A stretch of DNA of 15,540 bases from Nitrospirota bacterium (GCA_963741205.1 CAVUHW010000049.1:1-15540); one strand, 5' to 3'. Shown: positions 1 through 10,728, numbered from the stretch's first letter. Made by a program: numbers and translations. The notes: generated from the letters alone by a model not told the origin.

Positions 1-21
1 AGTGTATGCTGGTACACTTGA

Positions 22-402
22 CGGTTTCGTATTGCTGATGATTTTCTGTCATTGAGGGAGTACGCGTCATTCTACCGTGTTCTGTACAACGCGTCCTATC
101 TTTCAGAAGAGATGTCTGAAAAAGCCCTTCGCTATTCTTTCGAAAGCTACCTGGACAGCATGGAGGCGGGCATCCCGCCGAACATAGAGATCGCCTCCAA
201 ATGGGGCAGACAGACAAGCTTAATTGCCGAGGAAGGGGAAAAACAGGAACTGCGGCAACTCCACGAATTCGGAATCATTTATCATCCGAACCGTCCATTT
301 CTTCTCGGCATCGTGACACGCGGCACCAGTGTTGCCCGGATGGCAAGAGTGATTCGCGATATCAACCATCTCGTATTTCAGGAAGTGGATAAACAATCAT
401 AG
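22..402 (+). CDS. Class A beta-lactamase-like serine hydrolase, C-terminal part (5' end outside window or frameshifted)
   Basis: Frame reads DFLSLREYASFYRVLYNASYLSEEMSEKAL...IASKWG (KTG-like)...LHEFGIIYHPNRPFLLGIVTRG, typical of the C-terminal half of Beta-lactamase2-family hydrolases. Confidence 0.65.
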   Translation, partial: RFRIADDFLSLREYASFYRVLYNASYLSEEMSEKALRYSFESYLDSMEAGIPPNIEIASKWGRQTSLIAEEGEKQELRQLHEFGIIYHPNRPFLLGIVTRGTSVARMARVIRDINHLVFQEVDKQS

Positions 403-515
403 CCCCTTTATTGCTGATGGCTTTCCCTACGAAAAATCACAGGACCCAGGACTCCCAAATATCAACATGCAGGCCTGCAGCAAACGTCAATGCCGGCAGG
501 CGTGTAATTTGTCGT

Positions 516-607
516 TGTGAGATTAACAAATTCGACATGTATTTTTCGTTTCTGAGAACTGAAGCTGACGTTCAGGATAGTTGTGACTAAATGTTTCGAC
601 CAGAATA
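516..607. repeat. Diverged ~90-100 bp repeat, copy 1 (copy 2 at 2586-2689)
   Basis: TTAACAAATTCGACATG (523-539), ACGTTCAGGAT (568-578) and TTGTGACTAAATGTTTCGACCAGAATA (581-607) are collinear with matching blocks at 2597-2689. Confidence 0.6.
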
Positions 608-958
608 GATCGGATTCCTTTTATTCGTCCGGCATCGACGCCACCTACGGGTTTACGTCAGCGCTCGTTTTAAAAACTGCGAACATCCGCTTGAAAGTGG
701 TGCTTCATCAATTCTGATTTGTCATCATCACAAACTCATGTCATGCACAATCTGATGATACTCCATTCGATTACTTGATTTGGAGTTTATCCTATTTGTT
801 AGAACCCTTGGTATCATTAACTGGTTGCTTACTAGGACAATCTTTTCCGTGACGAACTCTTTACCCTCCCGTGACCTTGCCGTGACCTTCAAGTGGTATC
901 CTTCAATCAGGAAAAAGAGAACCGCAACAAGCAAAGAACTCGTTCAGGAGGCGGCACA

Positions 959-1323
959 ATGATGAAAACAGCATTCTTTACGATATCCGGCGCGATACTT
1001 CTCCTCGCGCTCTTCCCGCAGTTCCGGTATTCGGGCGGAGTGATCGGCATGTGAAGCCGGTCCTCGATTCAGGATATGGGACGGCTTTTGCACAGGAGAC
1101 GGGTACCTCGAAGGTCGTCTTCAAGGTCAAGTGTTATGACGAAGGCAAAGCGGCGCTCCAGGGGCTTAACGGCATCCGGAAGGTCGAGACCGGTTTTCAT
1201 TACCTTCATGAGACCGATACTGTCTATTACGACCCGAAAGTCATCACGATCAATGAAATGGAGGCCGCCTTGAAAAAGGCGGGAACATATGTGGAAACAA
1301 TCACAGAGAAAGAGAGGAACTGA
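959..1323 (+). CDS. Small exported HMA/ferredoxin-fold-like protein with a single Cys (one frameshift before ~1051)
   Basis: RBS AGGAGG at 946-951; ATG 959 gives signal-like [19 protein letters not shown]; continues in another frame as ...[36 protein letters not shown]...[21 protein letters not shown], resembling HMA-domain motifs; abuts msrAB. Confidence 0.55.
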
Positions 1324-1325
1324 CC

Positions 1326-2408
1326 ATGTTTGAGAAATTATTATTAGGAACATTGCTGCTTCTGTTGCTCACGACTGCTCAAACCAGCGCAGGCGCCATG
1401 CCGCGCCTTGAAAAAGCGACCTTCGCGGGAGGCTGCTTCTGGTGCATGACGCCGCCTTTTGAAAAATTAAACGGCGTTAATGAGGTGTTATCAGGATATA
1501 CCGGCGGCAGCGGCCCGAACCCCACGTACGAGGACTATGCGGCCAAAGGCCACATAGAAGCAGTTCAGATCACCTATGATCCTTCCAGAATAAGTTACCC
1601 GGAATTGCTGGACGTTTTCTGGCGGCAGATCGACCCAACGGATCCGGGCGGTCAATTCTGCGACAGAGGCCCGCAGTATCGGTCGGCGATATTTTATGAA
1701 AATGCCGAACAGAAGCGATTGGCTGAAAAATCCAAAGAGGCGCTCGAAAAATCCGGCAGGTATCAGAAACCGATCGTGACCGAACTGATCAAAGCCTCTC
1801 TATTTTACAAGGCTGAGGAGTACCACCAGGATTATCATAAAAAGAACCCTATCAGGTACAAGTTCTACAGGTCGAGTTGCGGCCGCGATAAGTATCTGGA
1901 AAAGGTCTGGGGAAAGGAGGGCGCCATGCATTCGGAGAAAGCCGAAAACAATGACTCGAACGTTTATGTGAAGCCATCAAAGGAAGAGTTGAAAAAAAGA
2001 CTCACTCCGATGCAGTACAAGGTTACTCAACAGGAAGGCACGGAGCCTTCCTTCAACAACGAATACTGGGACAACCACCGGCCGGGCATCTATGTCGACG
2101 TCGTGTCCGGGGAGCCCCTGTTCAGCTCCGTGGACAAATACGAGTCGGGAACGGGATGGCCGAGCTTCACCAGGCCGCTCGAACCCGGCAATATCGTGAC
2201 GAAGGAGGACCGGAGCTTCTTCTCGGTCAGGACCGAGGTGAGGAGCAAACATGCGGATTCGCACCTGGGCCATGTGTTCGATGACGGCCCGGCTCCGACA
2301 CACCTGCGCTACTGCATGAATTCAGCCGCCATGAAGTTCATTCCGGCGGAGGATCTCATGAAAACGGGGTACGGAAAGTACGCCAAGCTCTTCGGCAAGC
2401 TGAAATAG
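1326..2408 (+). CDS. msrAB: Bifunctional methionine sulfoxide reductase MsrA/MsrB with N-terminal signal peptide
   Basis: MsrA motifs [10 protein letters not shown] and AEEYHQDY; MsrB motifs [18 protein letters not shown] and RYCMNSAA; hydrophobic leader. Confidence 0.95.
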   Translation: MFEKLLLGTLLLLLLTTAQTSAGAMPRLEKATFAGGCFWCMTPPFEKLNGVNEVLSGYTGGSGPNPTYEDYAAKGHIEAVQITYDPSRISYPELLDVFWRQIDPTDPGGQFCDRGPQYRSAIFYENAEQKRLAEKSKEALEKSGRYQKPIVTELIKASLFYKAEEYHQDYHKKNPIRYKFYRSSCGRDKYLEKVWGKEGAMHSEKAENNDSNVYVKPSKEELKKRLTPMQYKVTQQEGTEPSFNNEYWDNHRPGIYVDVVSGEPLFSSVDKYESGTGWPSFTRPLEPGNIVTKEDRSFFSVRTEVRSKHADSHLGHVFDDGPAPTHLRYCMNSAAMKFIPAEDLMKTGYGKYAKLFGKLK

Positions 2409-2460
2409 CCTTCGCTGTAGAGGATAAGGGAATCATCAATCGACCAGATTGTCAGCAGCT

Positions 2461-2545
2461 CCCTCCTTAACCGAATCCTCCCCTCGAAGGGGCGAAAGCC
2501 ATGTAAACCTCTCTCCCCACCAGGGGTGGGAGAGGGATGGGGCAA
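2461..2545. repeat. REP-like GC-rich palindromes downstream of msrAB
   Basis: CCCCTCGAAGGGG and CCTCTCTCCCCAC-CAGG-GGTGGGAGAGGG imperfect hairpins of the CCCTCTCCC...GGGAGAGGG extragenic type. Confidence 0.5.
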
Positions 2546-2585
2546 TCCACTGTCCCATTAACGGGGAAACGGGGAGCGGTATTTC

Positions 2586-2689
2586 GTGAGAATTCGTTAA
2601 CAAATACGACATGGAGTGTTGATTTTGAGGGGGATTTGGCATTTCACACGTTCAGGATGACCTTGTTGCCGAACACTTCGGTCGGAATA
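2586..2689. repeat. Diverged ~90-100 bp repeat, copy 2
   Basis: TTAACAAATACGACATG (2597-2613), ACGTTCAGGAT (2648-2658), TTGTTGCCGAACACTTCGGTCGGAATA (2663-2689). Confidence 0.6.
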
Positions 2690-2836
2690 AGTCAGTCTGT
2701 CTCAGAACATCAAAAACAAATGATCATCGCCATTACAGCGACACAATAAGATGAGCGGCGAATAATCGTCTATTGCTTCGTGTTATACTGTAACCATTAG
2801 CATGACGCCGAATATCGTAAAAAAGGAGAAATTACC

Positions 2837-3613
2837 GTGAACAGTCCTCTATCATCAAAAGCACCGGCAGCGTTCTATTTGCTCACAATGCTCCTGACAG
2901 GCTCGCTCGTGTTCCTTGCCATGAACGGCCGCGCCGACGCACAGCAGCAGACGCCCAAGGTCGCGAAGGCCGATGCGGGCGCGGTCTTAATCGATCCTGC
3001 GGACACGCTGCTGCTCCTGCTCGATCACCAGACTGGCCTGTTCCAGACGGTAAAGGACATCCCCGTGGCGGAACTCAGGACCAATGTGATCGTCCTGGTG
3101 AAGGCGGCTAAGTTGATGAAGATACCTATCATTACGACGGCGTCGGTCCCGGATGGTCCGAACGGCCCATTGATGCCGGAACTCCAGCAATATGCGCCTG
3201 ACGCGACTTACGTGCCGCGCAAGGGCGAGATCAGCGCATGGGACAACGAGGATTTCGTGAAGACGGTGCGCAAGACCGGCAAAAAGACCCTGATCATCGC
3301 CGGGGTATGGACAAGCGTCTGCGTCACCTTCCCGGCGCTTCAGGCGAAAGCGGAAGGCTACAAGGTGTATACCGTGATGGATGCCTCGGGCGATCCGAGC
3401 GAGATGGCGTCGCGGATCACGCTCACCCGTCTCGCGCAGGCAGGGGTCATTCCGATGAGCACTAATATGGTGTTTTGCGAGCTACAGCGCACATGGAACC
3501 GGCCGGATGCCGCTGATTGGGGTGCCCTTTATGGGGCCTACGCTCCGAATTACCAGGCGGTGATGGAGAGCTACCAGAAAGCACAGGACGTTCTCAAACG
3601 GGATAAAAAGTAG
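2837..3613 (+). CDS. YcaC-like isochorismatase-family cysteine hydrolase with predicted signal peptide
   Basis: LLLLDHQ, GPNGP, RKGEISAWDN and AGVWTSVCVTFPAL (catalytic Cys); N-terminal hydrophobic segment ending ADA-QQ; RBS AAGGAG. Confidence 0.9.
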   Translation: MNSPLSSKAPAAFYLLTMLLTGSLVFLAMNGRADAQQQTPKVAKADAGAVLIDPADTLLLLLDHQTGLFQTVKDIPVAELRTNVIVLVKAAKLMKIPIITTASVPDGPNGPLMPELQQYAPDATYVPRKGEISAWDNEDFVKTVRKTGKKTLIIAGVWTSVCVTFPALQAKAEGYKVYTVMDASGDPSEMASRITLTRLAQAGVIPMSTNMVFCELQRTWNRPDAADWGALYGAYAPNYQAVMESYQKAQDVLKRDKK

Positions 3614-3648
3614 GTGTACAGTCAGTGCGCATGGGTAGGATGTGAACC

Positions 3649-5622
3649 ATGAACGAAACCACGAGAAGGAACTTTTTGAAGCTGGCTGCCGGGGCAACTG
3701 CCTACACGTTGGGAGGAGGGATTATGGCCGCCGATGCGAAGGAAAAGAACAGTTCTGCCGATCTGATCATCACGAACGGGCGCATAGCAACGATGGACCC
3801 TCGAAAGCCGGCGGCAACGGCGGTCGCTATAAAGGACGGCGTCTTTCTGGCCGTAGGCGCTTATGACGAGGCAATAGCTCATAAGGGAGCACAGACGCGG
3901 GTGATCGATGCCGGCGGACGGACGATCATTCCCGGTCTCAACGATTCGCATATGCATGTGATCCGCGGCGGTCTCAGTTACAATGCTGAGCTGCGTTGGG
4001 ACGGCGTTCCCTCCCTCGCCGACGGCTTGCGGATGCTGAAAGAGCAGGCGCAACGCACTCCTCCCGGCCAATGGGTCCGGGTCATCGGCGGCTGGAGCGA
4101 ATTTCAGTTCGCCGAGCGCCGCATGCCCACGCTCGAGGAAATTAACGCCGTCTCCCCCGATACGCCGGTTTTTGTCCTGCACCTCTATTGCCGCGGAATG
4201 TTGAACAAGGCCGCGCTGCGGGCCTGCGGCTATACGAAAGACACGCCGAATCCGCCCTGCCGGTGAAATCCAGCGCGACGCAAACGGCAACCCCACCGGG
4301 CTTCTCATCGCCCGTCCCAATGCCGGCATTCTTTACGCCACCGTCGGCAAGCAGCCGAAGCTGCCGCCCGAACATCAGATGAATTCTTCGCGCCACTTCA
4401 TGCGCGAGTTGAATCGCCTTGGCCTCACCAGCCTGGTGGATGCGGGCGGCGGATCGCAAATCTACCCGGATGACTACGCGATCATTGAGGAACTGCACAA
4501 GCGGGGTGAAATGACCGTGCGCATGGCCTACAACATTTTCACGCAAAAACCCAAAGAGGAGAAAGAGGATTTCCTGCGCTGCATGAAGCTGACCGCGCCC
4601 GGCAAGGGTGACGATTTCTATCGCTGCAACGGCGCTGGAGAAATGCTGGTTTATTCGGCGGCGGATTTCGAAGATTTCCTGGAACCCCGGCCCGACCTCC
4701 CGTCCAACCTGGAGAAGGACCTGAAAGAGGTCGTTTCGCTGTTGGCCGCCAATAAATGGCCGTTCCGCATTCACGCGACCTATGACGAAAGCATCTCCCG
4801 CATGTTGAACGTGTTCGAAGAGGTGAACCGCGAAATCCCCTTCAAAGGAACAAATTGGTTCTTCGATCATTGCGAAACCATCTCCGACCGCAGCCTCGAA
4901 CGCGTCAAAGCGTTGGGAGGCGGCATTGCCATCCAGGACCGCATGGCCTTCCAGGGCGAGTATTTCCTGGACCGTTATGGGAAGCAGGCGGCGGAGCGGA
5001 CTCCTCCGGTCCGAAAAATGCTCGAGCTTGGCATTCCCGTGGGGGCGGGCACCGATGCAACCCGCGTGTCCAGCTATAACCCCTGGCTTTCCCTTTACTG
5101 GCTGGTTGCCGGGAAAACCATCGGCGGCGCCACGTTGTATTCCGAAGCAAACCGTCTGAGCCGGGAGGAGGCATTGAAGCTCTATACCCAGGGCAGCAGT
5201 TGGTTTTCGGGTGAAAGCGGCAAGAAAGGGGCAATCGCCGTCGGCCAACTGGCGGATGTCACCGCGCTCACCGAAGATTACTTCTCCGTGCCGGAAGAGA
5301 AAATCAAGGGAATCGAGTCCGTCCTTACCATTGTTGGCGGGAAGATTGTTTACGGTGCCAGGAATTTCAGGGCCTTGACCCGGCTCCGCTGCCCGTGCTG
5401 CCGGAATGGTCACCCATAAAGGTTTATGGCGGGTATGGGGCGCCATTGGACATTCGCAAAGCCGCTCGCGCCGGCGTCCCGGTCCCCCAGCACCAGCATT
5501 CCGCCGAGTGCCACTCGCACGGCTGTCTCCATGCTGCCCACCAGCTCCAGGCCGGCATCAAAGCCGCGGCTCCCCGTTACAGCGACTTCTGGGGCTTGGG
5601 CTGCGACTGCTTCGCCTTCTAA
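3649..5622 (+). CDS. YtcJ-like amidohydrolase (Amidohydro_3) with Tat signal; frameshifts near 4258 and ~5380
   Basis: TTRRNFLK twin-arginine motif; IIPGLNDSHMH, FRIHATYDESI, FFDHCETI and GTDATRV; C-terminal FWGLGCDCFAF; ORFs 3649-4266, 4379-5419 and 5395-5622 join into one protein. Confidence 0.88.
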
Positions 5623-5686
5623 GAGAAAACTGCAACGGACACCTGTAGAACGGGGGGCTTTAGTTTTATTTGAGGGAGGAACCCAG

Positions 5687-6598
5687 ATGTCAGAAAACAG
5701 AAAGATCAGGAAAGTGTTCAAAAGCAAGCCGACGATCGAAGGAGCAGGCGTTCATCTCAGACGGGTTTTCGGAAACAGCGAGGTCCCACTCTTCGACCCG
5801 TTCCTGATGCTCGACGATTTTCGCAACACCGATCCCTATCAATACATCAAGGGTTTCCCCTGGCACCCCCACCGCGGCATCGAGACGATCACCTACGTCT
5901 TCAGGGCGACGTCGAGCACGGAGACAGCATGGGGAACAAGGGCGTCATCACCTCGGGCGACATGCAGTGGATGACCGCGGGGAGCGGCATCATCCACCAG
6001 GAAATGCCCAAGGGAGACGACGAAGGCGTCATGGAAGGTTTTCAGCTCTGGGCCAACCTTCCGCGGTCGCGCAAGATGATGGACCCCCGCTACCGCGATA
6101 TCAAAAGCTCGCAGGTGCCGGAGGTGGTGACGAAGAGCGGCGCGAAGGTCAAGGTCATCTGCGGGACCGTGGAGGGAAAGAACGGGCCCGGTCACGGACA
6201 TCGTCATCGATCCCGAATATCTCGACGTCACGGTCCCGGCCCTCTCCGAGTTCGTCCACAAGACGACGCGCGGCCACACGGTCTTCGCCTACGTGATCGG
6301 GGGAAAAGGCGTCTTCTGCAACGAAAAGAACCCCTTTGCCTACGACGCCCTGGGCGAGAACTATTTCGACATGGAGCGCGATCCCTACATCCACAACGGG
6401 ACGGCGGTCCTCTTCGGCGACGGCGACCAGGTGACGGTCTCGGCGCAGGGCGAACCGGTGCGCTTCCTGCTCATATCAGGCAAGCCCATAGGCGAGCCCG
6501 TGGCCTGGTACGGCCCGATCGTGATGAACACCGAGGAAGAGCTGCATCATGCGTTCGAAGAGTATCGGGACGGGACCTTTATAAAGGCCCCACGATGA
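5687..6598 (+). CDS. Pirin family protein; frameshifts near 5900 and 6185
   Basis: EGAGV, DPFLMLDDF, GFPWHPHRGIETITY, QWMTAGSGIIHQEMP, FQLWANLP and PIGEPVAWYGPIVMNT spread over three frames; RBS GGAGG. Confidence 0.92.
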
Positions 6599-6753
6599 AA
6601 ACCGGACCTTCCCACAGCCGCCGCATTCTTGTCGTTTATTCTTCTGTTCTTGATATGTGTTTTAACGGCAAATAATCCAGTTCCTGTGGAGCACGATATA
6701 CAACCGGTCCGATTAAACAAAATCAGCTCAGGTGTGCTCATATCGTGTCTCCT

Positions 6754-7329
6754 TTAGGAGCCTCGTTGCAACCACGGCCTCAGAATCCGAGCCAGAACCG
6801 GCATGATCACCCAGGTAAGCAGAATCACTATGCCTACAGCAATAATAAGCGCTCTCAGCGGCGAGGACAGGCTGCTCACAAGAGGATTTAGCAGCCACGG
6901 GACCAGCATGCTGGCCGGCCAGACACCCACGACGGTCACAAGGGCCATCTTCCAGCGCGGCGGCGGAATCACTGCCCGGTGACCCGGAAGAGTGAACCAT
7001 GTTTCCAAACCGGACAGGTCCTGGCGTTTTGACTCCCCTTCCGTCAACGAAGCGACTGTCGGTTCCCATTCCCGAAAAAGGGCTGATTCGTAAAACCGGT
7101 CACGGCACGCCGAGTCTCTAAATCGGCGAAGAATGCCGTATTCACGCGACCCGCTCCCCGGAGTCGGGCGCATGATGCTTACTCCCAGTTGACCCTCCGT
7201 CTGAAGCGATCTGGCGATAAAATCACGCAACTCTGCCTCAAATTTTTCTTCAAATCCTGGCTTGACGGTCCGCAAAACTAAAACGGCGACAGGCTCCGTA
7301 GCGTTCTTTGGTGTATCGTGGCTGTCCAT
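6754..7329 (-). CDS. Antibiotic biosynthesis monooxygenase (ABM)-domain membrane protein
   Basis: VKPGFEEKFE, GLETWF and PPRWKMALVT, followed by two TM helices; typical partner of ycaC/amidohydrolase clusters. Confidence 0.85.
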   Translation of the reverse strand: MDSHDTPKNATEPVAVLVLRTVKPGFEEKFEAELRDFIARSLQTEGQLGVSIMRPTPGSGSREYGILRRFRDSACRDRFYESALFREWEPTVASLTEGESKRQDLSGLETWFTLPGHRAVIPPPRWKMALVTVVGVWPASMLVPWLLNPLVSSLSSPLRALIIAVGIVILLTWVIMPVLARILRPWLQRGS

Positions 7330-7407
7330 GACCTCATCCCGGCAACGAAATTGTCATCTTGATCTCGACTACTTGGGGCTTGATCCCTAAATCCGTCGAC
7401 CGATCCT

Positions 7408-8047
7408 TCACCCGCCATGGCCTCCGAGGAACTCCTTTACAAACCGCACCTCAATGCCATAGGGGGAGTGCGCCTTCAGGATCTCCATGCACCCTTCATA
7501 GGTTTCGGAACGCGCCCAGTCCTGCTGGAGTTCAAAGAGAAACTGGAGAGATGTCAGAGGGACAGCACCAGCCTGAACTAAGCGCTGCACTGCCCGCTCA
7601 TGGGCCTCTTCAGTGATGTCCCCGCAGGCGTCAGTGGGTACATAGATCTCGTAGCCTGCCTGCGAGCATGTTGAGAGCCGGGAACATTACGCAGGCTTCC
7701 GTCCAGAGGCCGGCGATTACGATTTTCTTGCGTCCGGTCTTCACTACTGCATTCCGGAAGTTCTGGTCGAGCCAGGAGTTGATGGAGGTCCGGTCGATCG
7801 GCTGCTGGCCCGGGAAGATGGCAGTAACCTCTGGGATCATCGTCCCGCTGAAACTTTTGGCGGCGACAGTAGACAAAATCGTCGGCACCTTGAAAAGTTT
7901 TGCAGCCTTGCCCATGATCTGGACATTCTGTACGATTGTGGTGCGGTCGTGGGAGTGGATTCCCGAGAACATCGCCGGCTGGAAGTCGATCAGCGCCACT
8001 GCGCAGTCTTCGGCGCTGAGCATGCCATGAATAGTTGGAGCAGCCAT
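7408..8047 (-). CDS. Second YcaC-like isochorismatase-family hydrolase (no signal peptide); frameshift near 7655
   Basis: ALIDFQP, DRTSINSW, AGLWTEACVMFPAL, then CGDITEEAHERAVQRLVQAGAVP and ELQQDWAR in a second frame. Confidence 0.88.
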
Positions 8048-8584
8048 GATATGTTTCTCCTTAGATAAAACTATATTTTCGTTTCATCGTTTATACTTCT
8101 TCAACCGGTTCTTCTACAACCAGTATATCAGATTCAATAATGGCCTTTTCCGGTCCTTGATAGTTGTTTCATTCCACGTCATATTCATATTATTCATCAT
8201 TGAGTGCCCTAAGTATTCGATCGGGAAAATATTCTCCGCGGGTGCGGCTACTGTCCCGTTTTTACAAACCGTTGGAATAAACGATCGGGGCGGGTCTTCA
8301 GATAGGGACCTTTTAAGTGGCAAAAGATCTCAAAATTGGTTGTTTCAGACAAGGGGAGGTCTTGTTCCGTTGTTCTCTAGGTGTTCTAACAACTTCCTAA
8401 TGAACTGCGCAATTTTGGCTGCCGGTTTGTTTGCGAAGGATGCAGGCTTGAAATAATACTTCAACTGGAAAGCGTCACGTCGGTCACGGGCATCTGACAT
8501 AATTTTTCTCGGTCCTTGCTTGTATTTCCATTTGTACGAAGTAAACTGATAGTAACTCAAGCATTTCACCTAAGGAGGTACCAC

Positions 8585-9199
8585 ATGAACTTTACAACCG
8601 CTTCATCTTTTTTGTCTCGTGATTTTTGCAAGATGTCCCTATTCTTTATTACCGCAACTGTTACACTTGCCGCGTTGACGATGTCAGCTGTCGGTGCCCC
8701 GAAGGAAGGGGCTGGCCCTATGTTCACCAAAGATGGGGAACTGCTTATGCCGAAGAATTTCCGGCAGTGGGTCTTTGTCGGAGCCCCTGTGACCCCCAAC
8801 GATATGAACAATGGAAGTGCGGCGTTCCCTGAATTCCACGATGTCTACATAGACCCGATCAGTTTTAACGCATACCGCAAGACCGGCAAATTCCCCGACG
8901 GTACCATTTTCGTTAAGGAGCTTGCATCGGTCGGCGCAAAGAGCGCCGCCAGCGGAAACGGTTATTTCCCGGGAGAATTCATCGGCGTTGCGGCGGCGGT
9001 GAAGGACTCGAAGAGATTTGCCAAAGAACACGGCAATTGGGCCTATTTCAAATTCATAGGGGCTGACGGCAAAGCGCTAGCCGAGGCCAAGATGCAGCCG
9101 ACCGAAAACTGCAACGAGTGTCAGCAGAAGAATGCCGCTGAGGACTGGGTTTTCACCCAATTCTATCCTGTCCTCCGCGCAGAAAAAGCAACCAAGTAA
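8585..9199 (+). CDS. cytL: Cytochrome P460 family protein (heme motif reads CxxCQ)
   Basis: RBS AAGGAGG then ATG 8585; signal peptide; GELLMPKNFRQWVFVG, KTGKFPDGTIFVKEL, SGNGYF, VKDSKRF, GNWAYF and VFTQFYPVLRA closely resemble Nitrosomonas P460 as I recall it. Confidence 0.85.
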   Translation: MNFTTASSFLSRDFCKMSLFFITATVTLAALTMSAVGAPKEGAGPMFTKDGELLMPKNFRQWVFVGAPVTPNDMNNGSAAFPEFHDVYIDPISFNAYRKTGKFPDGTIFVKELASVGAKSAASGNGYFPGEFIGVAAAVKDSKRFAKEHGNWAYFKFIGADGKALAEAKMQPTENCNECQQKNAAEDWVFTQFYPVLRAEKATK

Positions 9200-9500
9200 T
9201 TTACCTTAACATTTCTAAGATCAGCATCTCGGGAAACCTTCTCTCTCGATGCAGCTTGTTTGAAAAACTGGTTCTGAGAAATCGAGATATCTAATAAGAC
9301 CTTCAATGAATTGAAGCCCATCATGACTGGTGGATGGGGGGACTCGTTCGATAAGCTTGAAACTTTGCTCAAGTTAAAAAAATAAGCCAGAACTAGTAGA
9401 TGAGGCAGATCGAGGTTGAGACGGCCAACGGGAAGAACGTGGCCTAGGCCTGTCGAGCTGCCAGCATCACCGATCAAACTCTCTAAAGAAAGGAAACCCC

Positions 9501-10155
9501 ATGCCTAAACTCGTCGTTCGCAGTTTCGCCATCTCCTTGGACGGCTTCAGCGCCGCTCCCGGGCAGAGCCAGGAAGCGCCTTTCGGCAAGGACGGCCTCA
9601 AACTCATGAACTGGGTCTTTGCCACCAAGTTCTTCAACGCCATGTTCGGCCAGCCCGGAGGCGTCGAGGGCATCGACAACGACTTCATGGCCAAGTCGGA
9701 TGACAACATCGGCGCCAGCATCATGGGCCGGCATATGTTCGGCCCTCCGCCCGATGCCATAGGACAAAGCCGCCTGGAAGGGCTGGTGGGGCGAGAACCC
9801 GCCTTACCATCATCCCGTCTTCGTGCTGACCCATCGAAAAGAAGGCCCCCTTCGACATGGAAGGCGGCACCAGCTTCACGTTCGTGACTGACGGCATCGA
9901 GTCGGCCCTGAAGCAGGCCTTTGCCGCGGCCAAGGGCAAGGACGTGCGCCTCGGCCGGCGGCGCGGCCACGGTGCGCCAGTACCTGAAGGCGGGCCTGAT
10001 CGACGAACTGCATCTGGTGCAGGTGCCCCTCTTGATGGGCCAAGGCGAGCGCATCTTCGAAGGACCTGGGCGGCGTGGAAAGCATCTACGAATGCGTCGA
10101 ATTCACGCCTTCCAAGGCGGTGTCCCACCTCCGCATCGTCAAGAAAGCCAAGTAG
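9501..10155 (+). CDS. Dihydrofolate reductase-like / RibD C-terminal domain protein; several frameshifts
   Basis: ISLDGF, IMGRHMFGP, GWWGENPPYHHPVFVLTH, FTFVTDGIESAL, GGAATVRQYLKAGLIDELHL; TAG at 10153-10155. Confidence 0.88.
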
Positions 10156-10172
10156 GTCGCCAGCCCGGGAGC

Positions 10173-10200
10173 GGCCCTGGATTCAGGGGCCATTGTTATT
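10173..10200 (+). terminator. Possible intrinsic terminator after the DHFR-like gene
   Basis: GGCCCTG-GATT-CAGGGGCC hairpin followed by a weakly T-rich tail (ATTGTTATT). Confidence 0.3.
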
Positions 10201-10441
10201 CATACCTTTCAGTATCCTGATCAATGGACATACGAAGCTCACTATCGTCGCTAAAAAGTACTTTGAAAGATACGGTGAAAGGGACGAACAAAAAAGTATT
10301 TTCGTGCGGCTTGTGGCATTCATAGCAGTTGAACTGCATGGGCCCGTTCTCCGGCCTGTCGATCTTTATCGCACGCCGGATCGTTTTTTCGTCTGGCTGG
10401 AAATGGGTGACGTCGATGGTCTCGCAATAGATAATAAGCAA
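10196..10441 (-). pseudogene. Possible remnant of a c-type cytochrome gene (single CxxCH)
   Basis: Short ORF containing ENGPMQFNCYECHKPH; no signal peptide or clear RBS. Confidence 0.3.
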
Positions 10442-10728
10442 TTGATATACCGAGTAATAATTTATCTGATGATGACATCGGGTCCGAGAGGTTATCAGGG
10501 GCTTCGCGGGATTCGTCCATGATCCCGGAGGTTGCTATATTCAAAAGTACAGAAACGATATCCCCTAAGAAGTCGGAGAATCATCCTGTCAACAAAGTAG
10601 CTATCACTAACAGTTAGCGTTGGGATTTGATGAATGAAAAGTCTTGAATGGCATAAACAGCACGAGTAATAGAACTACGGAACGCATCATTTTCAATTCC
10701 CCTTGACATAAGTTTATTCATCGATTCA

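Noticed and set aside
728-934. Short ORFs and tandem CCGTGACCTT x2 (869-889)
   Set aside because: No recognisable domain; a two-copy 10-mer can arise by chance
1052-1054. TGA ending the signal-peptide frame of the HMA-like gene as possible Sec
   Set aside because: Read-through gives implausible Arg/Ser-rich sequence; the domain continues in another frame, so a frameshift explains it
4264-4266. TGA after PPCR in the amidohydrolase as possible Sec
   Set aside because: Conserved GEIQRDANGNPTG continues in a shifted frame
3622-5446. Long minus-strand ORFs (3622-4329, 4142-5446)
   Set aside because: Antisense shadows of the GC-rich amidohydrolase gene
7408-7410. TGA ending the second ycaC as possible recoding site
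   Set aside because: Protein is essentially complete, the site is not a Cys position, and there is no clear SECIS; ordinary stop or terminal indel
8114-8569. Short minus-strand ORFs between ycaC and cytL; one loosely resembles a LysR C-terminus
   Set aside because: AT-rich, no convincing RBS or motif; resemblance too weak to call
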